Assembly (NCBI GenBank): GCA_951406725.2
Contig: OX597820.1
Coordinates: 126,418,001 to 126,482,000, forward strand
DNA: 64,000 nucleotides
Origin: Octopus vulgaris
Lineage: Eukaryota
Direction of reading: 5' to 3'
Shown one piece after another: positions 39,960-52,754 of the stretch. A model generated the notes under the pieces. The model ran no database searches. It was not told where the DNA came from and saw only the letters and a list, made by a program, of their open reading frames with translations. A program made the position numbers and the translations under genes. Every line of letters starts with the position of its first letter. Positions within the stretch are counted from its first letter, which is position 1.

Positions 39960-40350
39960 GCCACACGTCGGCTTCGTCTTGGTCGACATCGAAGAGAAGT
40001 CCAGACTACTAGATGTGTAGTGGTCACTTATTAGGAACAAATACGAAGCTCTTGGTCCAAACGGACCAGGAGAGGCTCGAAATCATTTCTGATTAGACTG
40101 ACTTTTCTTCTTTTCTGTTTTGCTGCGTCTGAAGTAAAAGACAGTGCTCAAGACCTTTGCAGGTCCTCCAAGATCGGCGAAGGAGACACCGTTAATGTTC
40201 TGTCTAAACTGCTGCAAGTCAACAGATGCAGGGGAAAAAACATGAACAGCGAGATTTCAAAGAGTTGAAATTCTGTGGTGAAAGAGGGAAGAAGACCAAG
40301 ATGCCACATCTGTAATGCTGCAAACCACCTGAGAGCCTTCGTTGAACTAT
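39960..40350 (+). mobile_element. Ancient Tx1 ORF1 remnant
   Basis: VKEGRRPRCHICNAANHLRA at ~40278-40340 matches the ORF1 knuckle VEGRRPRCYLCGSETHLKK. Confidence 0.55.
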
Positions 40351-42052
40351 GGATGGTATAAAGAAAGAAAACTCCTGCTGCTGCTGACACCACAAACACA
40401 AACAACAGCAGCAGCAGCAATGGCCCAGTGGTTAGGGCAGCGGACTCGCGGTCGGAGTATCGCGGTTTCGACTCCCAGACAAGGCGTTGTGAGTGTTTAT
40501 TGAGCGAAAACACCTAAAGCTCCACGAGGCTCCGGCAGGGGTTGGTGGCGACCCCTGTTGTACTCTTTCACTCCAACTTTCTCTCACTCTTTCTTCCTGT
40601 TTCTTGTCCCCGACTTCCTACGCAACCGCTGAGCCTGGATGCGCATTCATCCATCCGTCGATGCTCTCGGTGTCGGGAGTTGACCTGCTTTCTCTTCTGC
40701 GGGTCTTACGAATAGCAAAGGACCACGTTTCGGACTTCTCCCATCTTGCGAGCTCTGGGACGAAGACCGTTCGCTCAACAGCAACAGCAGCAGCAGCAAT
40801 GTGCAATGACAGCAGCAGTACCAGCAACGGCAGCTGTAATAACAAAAGCAGCAGCAATAGCTGTAACAAAATTAACAGTATAAAAAACAGCAGCAGCAAC
40901 GAAAATTGCAACCACAGCAGCCGTAAAACTACCAACAACAACTCAACGACACAGTCACACAATGTGCTACTTTGCCCCACTTTCCGCAATGCGCATACGG
41001 GCGAATGCCTATTTTCTTTCATTTGCCTCAAAAATCTCAGATACACGTGAAAAAACATGCAACAGAAGTCAATCGTAAAAGAGAAACATAAAATTTAAAG
41101 AGGGTCAGAAACCTGAAAGGCAGCGAGCTGGCAGAAACGTTAGCACGCCGGGCGAAATGCGTAGCCGTATTTCGGCAGCCGTTACGTTCTGAGTTCAAAT
41201 TCCGCCGAGGTCGACTTTGCCTTTCATCCTTTCGGGGTGGATAAATTAACTACCAGTTACGCGCTGGGGTTGATGTACTCGACTTAATCCCTTTGTCTGT
41301 CCTTGTTTGTCCTCTCTGTGTTTAGCCCCTTGTGGGTAGTAAAGGAATCGGTATTTCGTCTGCCGTTACGTTCTGAGTTCAAATTCCACGGAGGTCGACT
41401 TTGCCTTTCATCCTTTCGGGATTGATAAATTAAGTACCAGTTACGCACTGGGGTTGATATAATCGACTTAATCCCTTTGTCTGTCTTTGTCTGTCTCGTC
41501 TATGTTTAGCCCCTTGTGGGCAATAAAGAAATAAGAAACCTGAAAAGCTCAAAGGATTAATAAAGGAGCATTTTTCAACCATCCACGTAGTCACACCACC
41601 AGATCCAGCAAAAGAACACTTCATCCATCTTTACATTCTGAATTCAAATTCCACCGCGATCGACTTTGCCTTTCATTCGTTCGGGATCTATAAAATAAGT
41701 ACCAGTGAAACACTGGAGTCGATTACATCGACTAACCCCATCCCCCAAAATTGCTGGCCCTGTGCGGCAAAATGGCAGAGTCGTCTGAGCGGCAGATTTA
41801 TTCTGAGTTTTTGTGCTCTAAGTTCAAATCCTGGCGAGATTGGTTTTTCTTTTCATCAACAACAACAGGAAAACATTCGAAAGCATCGACAGCCGAAGAA
41901 AATGAAACAACAACGGTGGTGCCCCAGCATGGCCTCATCTCACGAGCTGAAACTAGTAAGAGACTAAGAAAAACGAGTAAATTCCAACAACACGCCCAAA
42001 AGTTAATCACGCCATAACTATCCTTCATCAGTTCCCCCGATATAAATATTTA

Positions 42053-42269
42053 CGAAGGTGTACTGAAAAGTTCCTGGCTTTTGGTAAAAGAAAATGCAGG
42101 AATATCAGTTAAATAGGATTTTATTCAACATATTCCCCTCTCAGATTCACACATTTATTGTTACGGTCCTTCAGTACTTCTAAGCCCAGGAAAAGATTTC
42201 GGGAGATTGGGCCTCCAACCAGGCATTTCGCGAAACCCTTAAAGCCAGAAACTTTTCGGCACCCCCTCG
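42053..42269. mobile_element. Mariner-type MITE
   Basis: TA|CGAAGGTGTACTGAAAAGTTCCTGGCTTT...AAAGCCAGAAACTTTTCGGCACCCCCTCG|TA gives ~29-bp TIRs with a TA TSD. Confidence 0.85.
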
Positions 42270-42886
42270 TACAACGGAGATATAATAACTAAAAAGAGAC
42301 AAAAGTTCGAGATACTTGTCCGCAGCCTATCACCTCGTGAAAGAAATGAAAATCATCCGCAAACAATTATGAGAAATATTTTCTAAAGAAATATCTGTTT
42401 CTTTACTACCCATAAGGGGCTAAACATAGAGGGGACAAACAAGGACAGACAAACGAATCAAGTCGATTACATTGACCTCAGTGCGTAACTGGTACTTATT
42501 GAATCGACCCCGAAAGGAGAAAGGTAAAGTCGACCTATGCAGAATTTGAACTCAGAACGTAACGTCAGACAAAATACGGCTACGCATTTCGCCCGGCGTG
42601 CTAACTGTTCTGCCAGCTCGCCGCCTCCTAAAGAAATATCTTTAATGGAAAGTAAAGTTTGAATCCCTTCAAGAACAGAGCTGACAAAAGATTTTTGGAC
42701 AAGTTTTTCAAGGAACGCGAGTCAACTGCTGGGAAAACCGGATCGCCTGTCTTTCCCCACGTTTAAGTTATGTAATCTTTTTCACCCCGCCCACCCCGCA
42801 GTTTTTTTTTTATCGGTATTACGATACAAAGAGTAGGAAAATATAAATGTACCTAACCTGGGACCACCTTGAAATCACTGGATATA

Positions 42887-43118
42887 CAGTCGTGACCAAA
42901 AGTTTTGAACATAGGTCTGAAAACTGGGGTTTTTATATTAAATGCCCGAAATTATATTTACTTTGCAATATATTATTCCTTGGCCAATTTGGGACATAGG
43001 TCTGAAAATTATCGAGTAAGTATATCTCTACGTTGTATATATTTGAATCGAATTGTACTTGGGCATAACAATTTTAATTTCTATTTTTTTTAATGTTCCA
43101 ATCTTTTGGCCATGAATG
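42887..43118. mobile_element. Tc1-type MITE
   Basis: TA|CAGTCGTGACCAAAAGTTTTGAACAT...ATGTTCCAATCTTTTGGCCATGAATG|TA. Confidence 0.75.
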
Positions 43119-43124
43119 TAATAC

Positions 43125-44450
43125 CACAAGGATTTCCGTGTTGCATCAGTCGCACCAATCCTCGATGGCGACGAGGTATACTGGTCTTGGATCAGGATGC
43201 CGAATGGTAGATGTTTCGGAAGTGTTTCAGACCTGAAGGTACGACCGATCTTTCTGAACCTGAATGGTAAGTCGGTGGTCCGGGAAGTGGGCCACTGCGA
43301 AAGTTGTACTTTGAAGCAGTGGCTATGTTCCGAAACGCACAGGGTAGATGGATTTCTCTAGACGTCTCGAAGCTTTTGGGGGAACATTTTGCTCTTTAGT
43401 ACTGTGCAAGACCTAAATGTCACTTTAGACGCACGTTCAGAATTGTGAGGGCCTATCAAGTAGAAAAGTGGGACGTAAAAACTCGAAAATTAACCCAAAC
43501 AATTCCAACAGCCTAACATATACCGACTGTTCGCTCCAAATATACTAGTGTGAACAAGGACCAATTGCACCGGGACATCCAAATCGTGCCTATCTAGGGT
43601 ATTATTTGGGTTAACAGATGGGAACTATGAATAACATCAAGAAACGGTTGCCCTGACAGCGCTGAGGGAGGAGATGGAGTTTTTGCCTGAACGAGACAAA
43701 ACTCTACAATCGCGGGTCTATCCCAAAGTGCCGTCAGTCGGACTTGTCGGAACATCGGAACAATGAAATGCCCTCGTCCAGTACCAGTATCCAGGCATCA
43801 CTGAACTGGGGAGGTAGGTCGAATAGTTGCCATCGCATGTTGGTCAGATTCGACTATCGTCCAAGTCCGTGCAGAGGATCGCCCGCCGCCTTCTTTTGAC
43901 TCTGAAAGGCAGGTACTTTCTCTTCCTGGAAGCTATGGGGAAACAGGTTATGTGGAGGACGAGACTGAAAGGAATGAGGACGGACACTTTTCCTCTGAGA
44001 GCTTTCATCAGCTTTTTCAAGTTTCGCTTAACAAGAAGGGTGAGTGAGCGGAGGGAGAAGCCCCACCACCACCACCACCACCACCACCCCGTAGACTTAT
44101 TGAGAGGTGAGTGAGCGTGGTTAAGGGAGCACGAATAGGCGGAACTGCTTAAATATGTGCTTGCAGGTCGGCAGAAGTTAAACGAGTAAGGGCATTTTCC
44201 CTCTCTGTTTGAGGGGATCATTTTTTTTTATTATTGTTTTGTTGGAAGATAGCTCCATTGATTGACCTTCGTAGCTGTTTTTTGTTGTTGTTCTTTTTTT
44301 AGGATTTTTATTTATTGAAACATTCTTATTGTCTCTTGTTTATGTTATCCTTTTTTTATTCCCTTTATGCAAATCTTCCCGTATATAGAATCTTCTCTTT
44401 TTATCTACCCCACCCCCACCTAATTTTTTAGCCCTTGTGGCAGAGAAAAA
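43125..44450 (+). mobile_element. Highly decayed, internally deleted Tx1 ORF2 and 3' UTR
   Basis: DLKVRPIFLNLNGK and FSRRLEAFGGT..LVL resemble the APE region at 5560-5700. The T-rich 3' UTR ends TTTAGCCCTTGTGGCAGAGAAAAA. Confidence 0.6.
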
Positions 44451-44793
44451 GCTATCAAGACTGTAAATTGACAGAACTGTTAGAATGTCGAATAAAATGC
44501 ATTGTCGTATTTCTTCCGATACTTAACGTTCTGAGTTCAAATTCAATCATTTATCTCTTCGAGATCGATAAAATAAAGAGCCAATCAATTACTAAAATCA
44601 ATGTTATCGACAAACCCGCTTCCCCCAGAAATGCTGGCCTAGTGCCTCATTTAAAAATTATCATCATCGTTGTTTTCAGTGGTGTTTTCTTAGCTATTTC
44701 CTCTTGCACGTCTCATTCAACAAAATCCAAATGAGAAATGGAACAAAAGTTACTCAGGGTATTGTTTTCCAATGACACCGGCTTGCTTTTAAA

Positions 44794-44869
44794 ATGGCCA
44801 TGAACAACAACACATTTCGCGTGTTGGAGTTGTATAGCGGAATCGGGGGAATGCACTTCGCTCTGCAAG
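44794..44869 (+). CDS. TRDMT1: tRNA (cytosine-C5) methyltransferase DNMT2, coding exon 1
   Basis: MAMNNNTFRVLELYSGIGGMHFALQ contains motif I (SAM-binding) in the DNMT2-type RVLELYSG.GGMH form. Donor is AAG|gtaaga, phase 1. Too short for the ORF track. Confidence 0.93.
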
Positions 44870-45971
44870 GTAAGAGGCCTAATCAGTAAGATCATGTTGA
44901 TTCGATTGATGTTCAGTGACGATGTGGATTCGTGAAGCGGTGATTTTCCATTCAACTTCTTTAAATTCTTATCTCCTGTCTTCTTCACTTTCTTGCGTAA
45001 ACACCATCGCGGATCTCTACCTCCCGACTTAGTTTCGATTTACTCTTAAGATTATTTGTGTGTCAGGCTTGTAAATCTTACGAAATGAACTTTACAAAAT
45101 GACGATACCTGTCCTGTATAACTTCGTTATAGTCTCTCCAAAGAAGTTTATATTTAGGCATCGAGAAGACAGGGCAAAAACCGTCTCGGTTCCATTCTTA
45201 TATTTTACTTTACTTACGTTGTTAGTTACCTGTACAAAGGTACGAACCTCGCATATTCTTATTTAATTTATCGTCTCTTATAAAACTAATACTTTTTAAA
45301 GTACCTGCACGTGTTGTTAGACGATCAGATTAGTATAAATCTCAACTAAATGTCTGGATGTCTCCCAAACCACGTGGAGATGCTTTGGGAATTGATGCTT
45401 GACTCCGGTATTCCTTGTGATTCTGGTAAAAGGTAAATCTCATGGGAATCAGTTGGTACCTCAAAAGGAGGAACCTACTTATGTGAACCAAGGCATTATT
45501 GGATATCGTGATTTGCTCCGACCCGACCAAATGCAAAGAGGGGGTTTGAACTGAGTCTGATGTAATAGTTGACGATCGAAACCATTCGATCCTTTCGCTT
45601 CTACTCATAACAAATACTTTGGAAGATCGAGTTTATTCCCCGTCGTTTCCGAGTTCGAATCCCTTCCAGGTCGACTTTATATCTTTATTGTTCTCAGGTT
45701 TATGAAATAAGCACCAACAACATGGATCGCTGTCTACAGCTGATCGTGTGCCTGTATATTTTTGTGTGTGTGTGTGTGTATTCTTTTATTTGTTTCAGTT
45801 ATTTGACTCCGACCATGCTGGAGCATCGCATTTAGTTAAACAAATCGACCTCAGGACGTATTCTTTGTATGCCTAGTACTTATTCTATCATTCTTTTTTG
45901 CTGAACCGCTAAGTTACGGGGACATAAACACACAAGCATCGGTTGTCAAGCGATATTGGGGAGACGTAAAC

Positions 45972-46030
<59 letters not shown>

Positions 46031-47188
46031 ACAGGCTTCTTTCAGTTTCTGTCTACCAAATCCACTCACAACGCTTTGGTCGGCCCGAAGCTGTAGTAGA
46101 AGACACTTGCCAAGGGTGCCACGCAGTGGGACTGAACCCGGAACCAAGTGGCTGTGTGGTAAGTAAAGCAAGCTACTTACCACACAGCCACTGTATATAT
46201 ATATATATAGTTGCCCGAAATGGTTACTGCTGGGCTTAACACTAAGTCCTCTTAGCGGTTCGATTTGCTGGGAACTCTCGCCTCTGACTCTGCGGAATTT
46301 TCCGGGAATAATAAAAGAGACACAACTGAAAGGAATCGCACGTGCCAATTAGTGCGAAAACAAAACGAATTGTAGCGAATGCCACGTTTGTTTTGTTTCA
46401 CATTTAGTATGTGCGACACCTACAGAACAATGACATTGTTAGTTATGTTCAGTGTTTTTGAGAAAGGCATGAATATCGCACAATCCCGCCTCAAAACATT
46501 AAATAGTGTTTGTCGAAGATTTGCATTCCATTAACGCTTCTTCGAGTTTAGTACAGGAGTTGCTTCCCCTACCTTGTCGGCTTCACACCCATATGGGCAA
46601 GGGAGATAACTTGCTTAGTATATGTTCCTTGTAACCCCGAGACACCTGCTGAGGCTGTTTAAAACATTGCGGCAACTTTATTTCGATCTGAGGAAGAGTT
46701 TGCTGTATCTGCGGTGGGGCAAAGCATATCTGATGCTTTGTATAGCGGATCACAGTAGCTAATATGAATCCAACCGGGAGATGTCTTATGGTTGTAGAAT
46801 AGTATTTTGACTGCTATTTCTAAATTTCGGTGTGTGGTGAAGCATATTCTGCTGAACCCTAATTATAATTATGCTCATAATTATAGAATTTATATATTAT
46901 CATCATCATTTAACGTCCGTTTTCCATGCTAGCATGGGTTGGACGATTTTGACTGAGGGCTGGCATATATATATATATATATTGAAGTAGATAAATGAAT
47001 TGTCTTATTACGGATTATTCAAATGATAACCGATACCTGGGTAGCAAAAATCACAACAGAAAAAGCACGGTTGAGATTACGACCATGGGGCCTAAAATCC
47101 GTGCCTTAGTGCAGAAATTTGAAGTTTTATATATTTAGTGTAGGAAGAAATGGAGCTGAACGAAGATTTAACAAAATTCCTTTTTATT

Positions 47189-47274
47189 ATTTTCTACATA
47201 TGTTTCAAAGGCTGCAAAGTCCCTAATTTGGATTGAATAAGGAGTCCATTTTGCAGCCTTCTCTTCAGGAAAAT
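47189..47274 (-). ncRNA. Type I hammerhead ribozyme, apparently intact
   Basis: ATTTTC-CTGAAGA-GAAGGCTGCAAA...TTTGCAGCCTTT-GAAA-CATATG-TA-GAAAAT. Helix I is 6 bp, helix II is 12 bp, helix III is short and palindromic, and the GUA cleavage site falls at 47195/47194. Confidence 0.8.
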
Positions 47275-47405
47275 CCAGGAACTTAATTCTCCAACAAAAT
47301 GCACAGCAAGCTTGATAGACAGTTTGTACCATTTATTCCATGGGCTCCTCGTGAGCGTTTGTCGAGAAGCTTGCTGTGCATTTTGTTGGAGAATTAAGTT
47401 CCTGG

Positions 47406-47491
47406 ATTTTACTAAAGAGAAGGCTGCAAAATGGACTCTTTATTCAATCCGAATTAGGGACTTTGCAGCCTTTGAAACATATGTAGAAAAT
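47406..47491 (+). ncRNA. Inverted hammerhead copy with core mutation (CUAAAGA, G5A)
   Basis: ATTTTA-CTAAAGA-GAAGGCTGCAAA...TTTGCAGCCTTT-GAAA-CATATG-TA-GAAAAT; G5A plus loss of the helix I closing pair. Confidence 0.72.
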
Positions 47492-48417
47492 AATAAAAAG
47501 GAATTTTGTTAAATCTTCGTTCAGCTCCATTTCTTCCTACACTTATATATATATATATATATACACAACAGGTTTCTTTTCAGTTGTACACACACACATA
47601 CACAATTGACTTCTTTCAATTTCCGTCTACCAAATCCACTCACAAGGATTTGGTTGGCCTGAGGCTATAGTAGAAGACACTCGCCCAAGGTGCCACTCAG
47701 TGGGACTAACCCGGAACCATGTGGCTGGGAAGTAAGCTTCTTACCACACAGCCACGCCTGTGTTTATATATATGTATAGACGTAGCACAATAGTTGTAAG
47801 AGATGAGTAAATTTCTCTGCTGTCTTCTCCAGGCTTATTTTATGATTTAAGCTGACAGGCATGGCTGTGTGTGAGGACGAAATTCTCTTTCCAGTCACCT
47901 GCTTTCAGATTTGGCACCACATTTGCTCAAGATGCCATGCAGTGGCACTTTAAGCAAATGTCTTCTTCTAAAGTAGCATATTTAGGAGATGACTTTGGTA
48001 ATTTAATTTTCTTTCACAGGTGCACATCAGCCAATAGATTTCACTCTATTTGCATTCAAAAGTCACTTCATTTCGAGCTAATCTGAGTACATGGGGAAAT
48101 ATCGATATCTCCCATTCTTAGTCATTTGAGATGAGTGTCTTGCCTCGTCTGGGACTCTTGGTGTTCTTTAACACCCAGCATCATGTAGGGAGGTTGCCAT
48201 AGACACTATCCTGCAGCAAATGGGCATATAAACAAAACACATACATTATGTATGCGCAATTGATAATAGAGAGCAGTTTCCACATTGCATTCCAAAGCTG
48301 CCATCTCTGAAGAGCACAGGATTACATATTCGGGGTGTTACCTAACACTGTTGAACCCCTAATGCAAAACTGATTTGTAAGATCAGCCTTAATAGACATA
48401 TAATGCTGTAGACTTTG

Positions 48418-48457
<40 letters not shown>

Positions 48458-48541
48458 CAATTAAGCAGAAATAAAAAACAACAATGCGAGGATGTGGTAC
48501 ATGTAAAGTATTTCTAAGAAGCTCAGGAAGGGAAGAAAGGG

Positions 48542-48578
48542 TGTTTTGCATTTCGAGCAAAGCCCTTCTTCAGAAACA
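48542..48578 (-). ncRNA. Degenerate minimal hammerhead-like motif between (TA)n runs
   Basis: TGTTT-CTGAAGA-AGGGCTTTGCTC-GAAA-TGCA-AAACA; the cleavage triplet is mutated. Confidence 0.45.
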
Positions 48579-50572
48579 GTATATATATATATATATATAT
48601 ATATAGAACAGTCCTCTGAGATATTCAATATAAACTAGCAGGACCTATGGAAATTCCACAGTATAAGTCAGCATATTTGAAATATTATGCTAATATACTA
48701 AAATGAAGCAAAGAATTTCCAAAACATTTTTGAAATCCTGCCTTTTAATTAAAACTGTACTTTTAAATATAATCTTTTCTACTCTAGGCACATGGCCCTT
48801 AATTTTGGGAGAGGGGACCAGTCAGTTAGATCAACCCCCAGTACACAGCTGGTACTTAATTTATCAACCCCAAAAGGATGAAAGGCAAAGTCAACCTTGG
48901 TGGAATTTGAACTGAGAAAATAAAGACAAACAAAATACCTATTTCTTTATTGCCCACAAGGGGCTAAACATAGAGTGGACAAACAAGGACAGACAAAGGA
49001 TTAAGTCGATTACATCGACCCCCAGTGCGTAACTGTTACTTAATTTATCAACCCTGAAAGGATGAAAAATAAAGTCGACTTCGGTAGAATTTGAACTCAC
49101 AACGTAACGGCAGACGAAATACCGCTAAGCATTTCGCCCGGCGTGCTAACAATTCTGCCAGCTCACCGCCTTACTTTTAAATATAGTCAAAATGAACTTA
49201 CAAAGTTTAATATGTTTGACAGATATGGTGTCCTCTACAATTCAAGGAAATAAAAGATGAATCAAAATGATAAAACTTATTCATAGATTGAAAAAATAAA
49301 AAAGCTTCATGTTTTGCTGTTGAACCATGACCAAGGCTGAGGCCAAGTTATTTATCAATTGAGATTATTTTCATTTCTCTTCATTTCAGCTACCTATATA
49401 TTTGTATATCTATCGATATATCTCTTTATCTGTTGATATGGCTGTAGACCCAACCTACATATCTATCTATCCAGCAATCCTTCCTTCCTTCCTTTTGTCC
49501 CTCCCTCCTTCCTTCCTTTCCTGTCTGCTGATATATGAATTCTCCTCTCGTAATACTGATAAGCATTTAAACTTAATAACAAAAGGAAATAAATAAAGAA
49601 TTAATAATGGTGGCATCCCTGCATAGCCACAGCCTCTGGTCTTGAACAAGTCAAAGATGAAAGTGTAACATCCACAGCTATTTGCTAACGATCATACTTG
49701 AGAAGAACCATCAAACCAAGTGAAATCATTGTTGGTGTCACATATCTGGTGGCACGTAAAAAGCACCTTTCGAGCATTGGGCCTCACGGAGGCAATGTGG
49801 CCAATGCCAGTGTCGTGTAACTAGCACCCATGCTATGGCATGCAAAAGTACCCGTTACATTCTCAGAGTGTAGAACCCATACCAAATCAGACTGGAGTCT
49901 GGTGCAGCCCCTCAGCTTACCAGCCCTGGTCAAACCATCCAACCCATGCCAGCATGGACAACGGACATTAAATAATGATGATGATGATATATATATTTTT
50001 TTGTGGAGGAGGAGGAAACTCCCTTTGGTCATGAATGACCGTGGGGTTGCACCTAGAAAGTTACCCTCCGAGGCACAAGTCCGGGCAAGGTTGTTTATGG
50101 AAGGCCAGCAGTCGCCCATTCATACCAGCCTCCACTCTCCACACCACTGAAGTTACCCAAGGGAAAGGCAAAGGAGCCGATACAGTTTGGCACCTGTGAT
50201 GTCGCAACTCATTTCTACGGCTGAGTGAACTGGAGCAACGTGAAATAAAGTGTCTTGCTCAAGAACACAACATGCAGACCAGTCCAGGAATCGAACTCAC
50301 AATCTCACGATTGTAAGCTCTACACTCTAACCACTGAGCCATATCATATATATATATATATATATATATATGAATATATAAAACTTTCTCCATTTGAGTT
50401 ATTACCTCCTTTAATGTAGAAAACAGCCAGACATGTAGAAACAAGCAGAATAACAATTATAATTCTTCATTTTGTGGCTAATAACAACACCAGCACCTGT
50501 CCTAGCACTGTTAGTCTATATATTGCTGGCAGGAAGATGAGTTGCTGCTACCTCTAGCACTTTAACATCCCT

Positions 50573-50810
50573 CATTGACAAGATCAAGGTTGAAATCACA
50601 TGATCTGGTGGTCTTAGTGCTGGAGGTGGCAAGGATTTATTTCCCCGCTAGCGATCTAAACAAGAATGCATTTTGCACCAAAAGCCAATATGAGAGTTTC
50701 TCTCAGGGTATCTACCACAGTATAGTTTGTTCCGACAGAACATCCACATTTAAGTGGGGATAAATATTACCTCTTGGTATTAATGCTGCCTCTGTCACTA
50801 ATAAATATTA
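50573..50810. repeat. Dispersed repeat; second copy at ~59966-60205
   Basis: CATTGACAAGA...AAATCACATGATCTGGTGGTCTT...TTTAAGTGGGGATAAATATTACC occurs twice in the same orientation. Confidence 0.8.
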
Positions 50811-50871
50811 TTTATCTTAAGCATGAATCTATTTCATACATATATTGCATGTCTTGCATTCATCTGACCTG

Positions 50872-50929
<58 letters not shown>

Positions 50930-50932
<3 letters not shown>

Positions 50933-51546
50933 TACCTTTTCCTTCTCTGGACACTAAAACTCTGCTTGCGAAGACCTGTTGAGGCAAGTAAAATCAAAAT
51001 CAAATTTGATGACTGGCACCCGTGCTAGCAGGGTGCAAAGAGCACCATACGAGTGTGATCATTGACAGAGCGGCGAACCAGCTTCAGTGCCAGTGGCACT
51101 TAAAAGGCACCATTCAAGCGTGATCGTTACTAGCATCACCTTACTGGCACTCAAGCCCTGTGCTAGTAGGGTATTAAGAGCACCATCTGAGCATGATTTG
51201 CCAGAGCGGCTATCTGGCCTTCATGCCGGTGGCACATAAATGACACCATTCAAGCGTGATCGTTACCAGCATCGCCTTACTGGCACCTGTGCCGGTGGCA
51301 TGTGTAAAAGATTCGAGCGAGGTCATTGCCAGTTCCACCTGACTGGCCCCATGCTGGTGGCACGTAAAAAGCACCCACTACACTCTCGGAGTGGTTGGCA
51401 TTAGGAAGGGCATCCAGCTGTAGAAACTCTACCAGATCAAGACTGAAGCCTGGTGCAGCCATCTGGTTCGCCAGTCCTCAGTCAAATCGTCCAACCCATG
51501 CTAGCATGGAAAGCAGATGTTAAACGATGATGATGATGATGATGAT
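50930..51546 (+). mobile_element. RTE LINE 3' UTR fragment with ~60-bp internal tandem units and (GAT)n tail. Related copies at ~49710-49986, 56998-57325 (-) and 61702-62065 (-)
   Basis: Repeated G(C/G)TGGCACGTAAAAAGCACC units and an AACCCATGCTAGCATGGAAA...GTTAAACGATGATGAT end; the same UTR follows RTE coding sequence at 58620-59212. Confidence 0.65.
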
Positions 51547-51550
51547 ACAC

Positions 51551-52706
51551 ACACACGATAGAAGTAGAGAGACACCCTTATAATCATTAAAATTTATTTA
51601 AATTTGAAATTGTTCATTCTAATTATTTAATAATTGTTATAATGTGGATATTTAATATTTAGTAGACATGCCCTTTGCATTTTTAAATGCAAGGACCCTA
51701 TTAGGCATATTACTAATCAGATGGCCAATATTCTCTTGAGGACTTTCTTACCAAGTTTCATGTAGTGATCTCAGAAGATCTGGCTTTGAAGATGCTTTCT
51801 TGTTCTTTTTATGAAGTATCTTATCCATTATGTTACTGGTGTTCAATAGGGTTCATACCTGGTGACTGGCTCGGCTAGGGAAGCTTTTTAATGCCATTCT
51901 CATCCAACAAATCTTTGGTCATTTTAGCCCTGTGACAAGGAGCCCCATCTTCCATAAATAAAGTCTTCTTTAATCATTTCACCCCTGGAGAAGATTGGAA
52001 GGAGTCCTTTCTGCAATATGGACATGTATTTATATAAGTTTGTTTCCCTCAAACTCCACCAGCTCTGTTGACTGCAGTCTTTTCACATCAAATTCTTGAT
52101 CACAGTCTCCAGACCCACACTCAACCACTGTCAGGAAATACAGCAAATCTGGACTCATCAGAGAATATGACAGTGTCCCAAAATACTAGTGACCTTTTCC
52201 ACCAACTCACTTGATGTTGGCTGGTCAAAGAAGGGGCTTCCTTCTTGCTGCTCTGCTGTAGTAATCAAGTTTGTGAAGATACCTGACAGCTGTTCTGGGA
52301 CTGACATCAACTTGTTCTGCTATGTCAGAGGCCTTGCAACGAGGATTATCCTCCACACTTCTTTTAATAAAGAGAAGGGTCCTGTCAGATGGCCTTGGTC
52401 GACCTGGGCAAGGTGATGTGGACTCCTTCCCCTCTCTGGTGAACTGCATAATCACTCTATTAACTGTAGAAAGCAGGATCCCAAGGTTTTCTGCAATTTT
52501 ACACTGACTATATCCACGTTCAGATTGACCCACAATACAACCTCTTTGAAATTCAGACAATTCCAAAGCTTCTGTACATGGCATGATTAAACAGTCACAT
52601 AGAGAACCTGATACATAAAAATGTCAATTAATAAAAAATACAAACTATTACAAGTTAGAATAGACATAAAACGATGTTTTATGGGTGTCTATTTCTGTCG
52701 TGTGTG
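51551..52706 (-). mobile_element. Decayed Tc1-like transposon
   Basis: [16 protein letters not shown] and ARRKPLL in ORF 52225-52584, then IFSDESRF, DGAPCH and PDL..IE motifs. The ends CACACGATAGAAGTAG..GACACCC and GGGTGTCTATTTCTGTCGTGTG are inverted. Confidence 0.88.
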
Positions 52707-52713
52707 TGTGTGC

Positions 52714-52754
<41 letters not shown>

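Larger units (their letters stand above)
47133..47548. repeat. ~415-bp palindrome (arms ~180 bp, spacer ~55 bp) bounded by TA-rich/(TA)n sequence
   Basis: AGTGTAGGAAGAAATGGAGCTGAACG...GCACAGCAAGCTT is mirrored by AAGCTTGCTGTGC...CGTTCAGCTCCATTTCTTCCTACACT with few mismatches. Confidence 0.95.

Noticed and set aside
51010-51380. Spaced ~60-bp repeats resembling a CRISPR array
   Set aside because: The context is eukaryotic, the 'spacers' are mutually homologous, there are no cas genes, and the region is part of an RTE 3' UTR.
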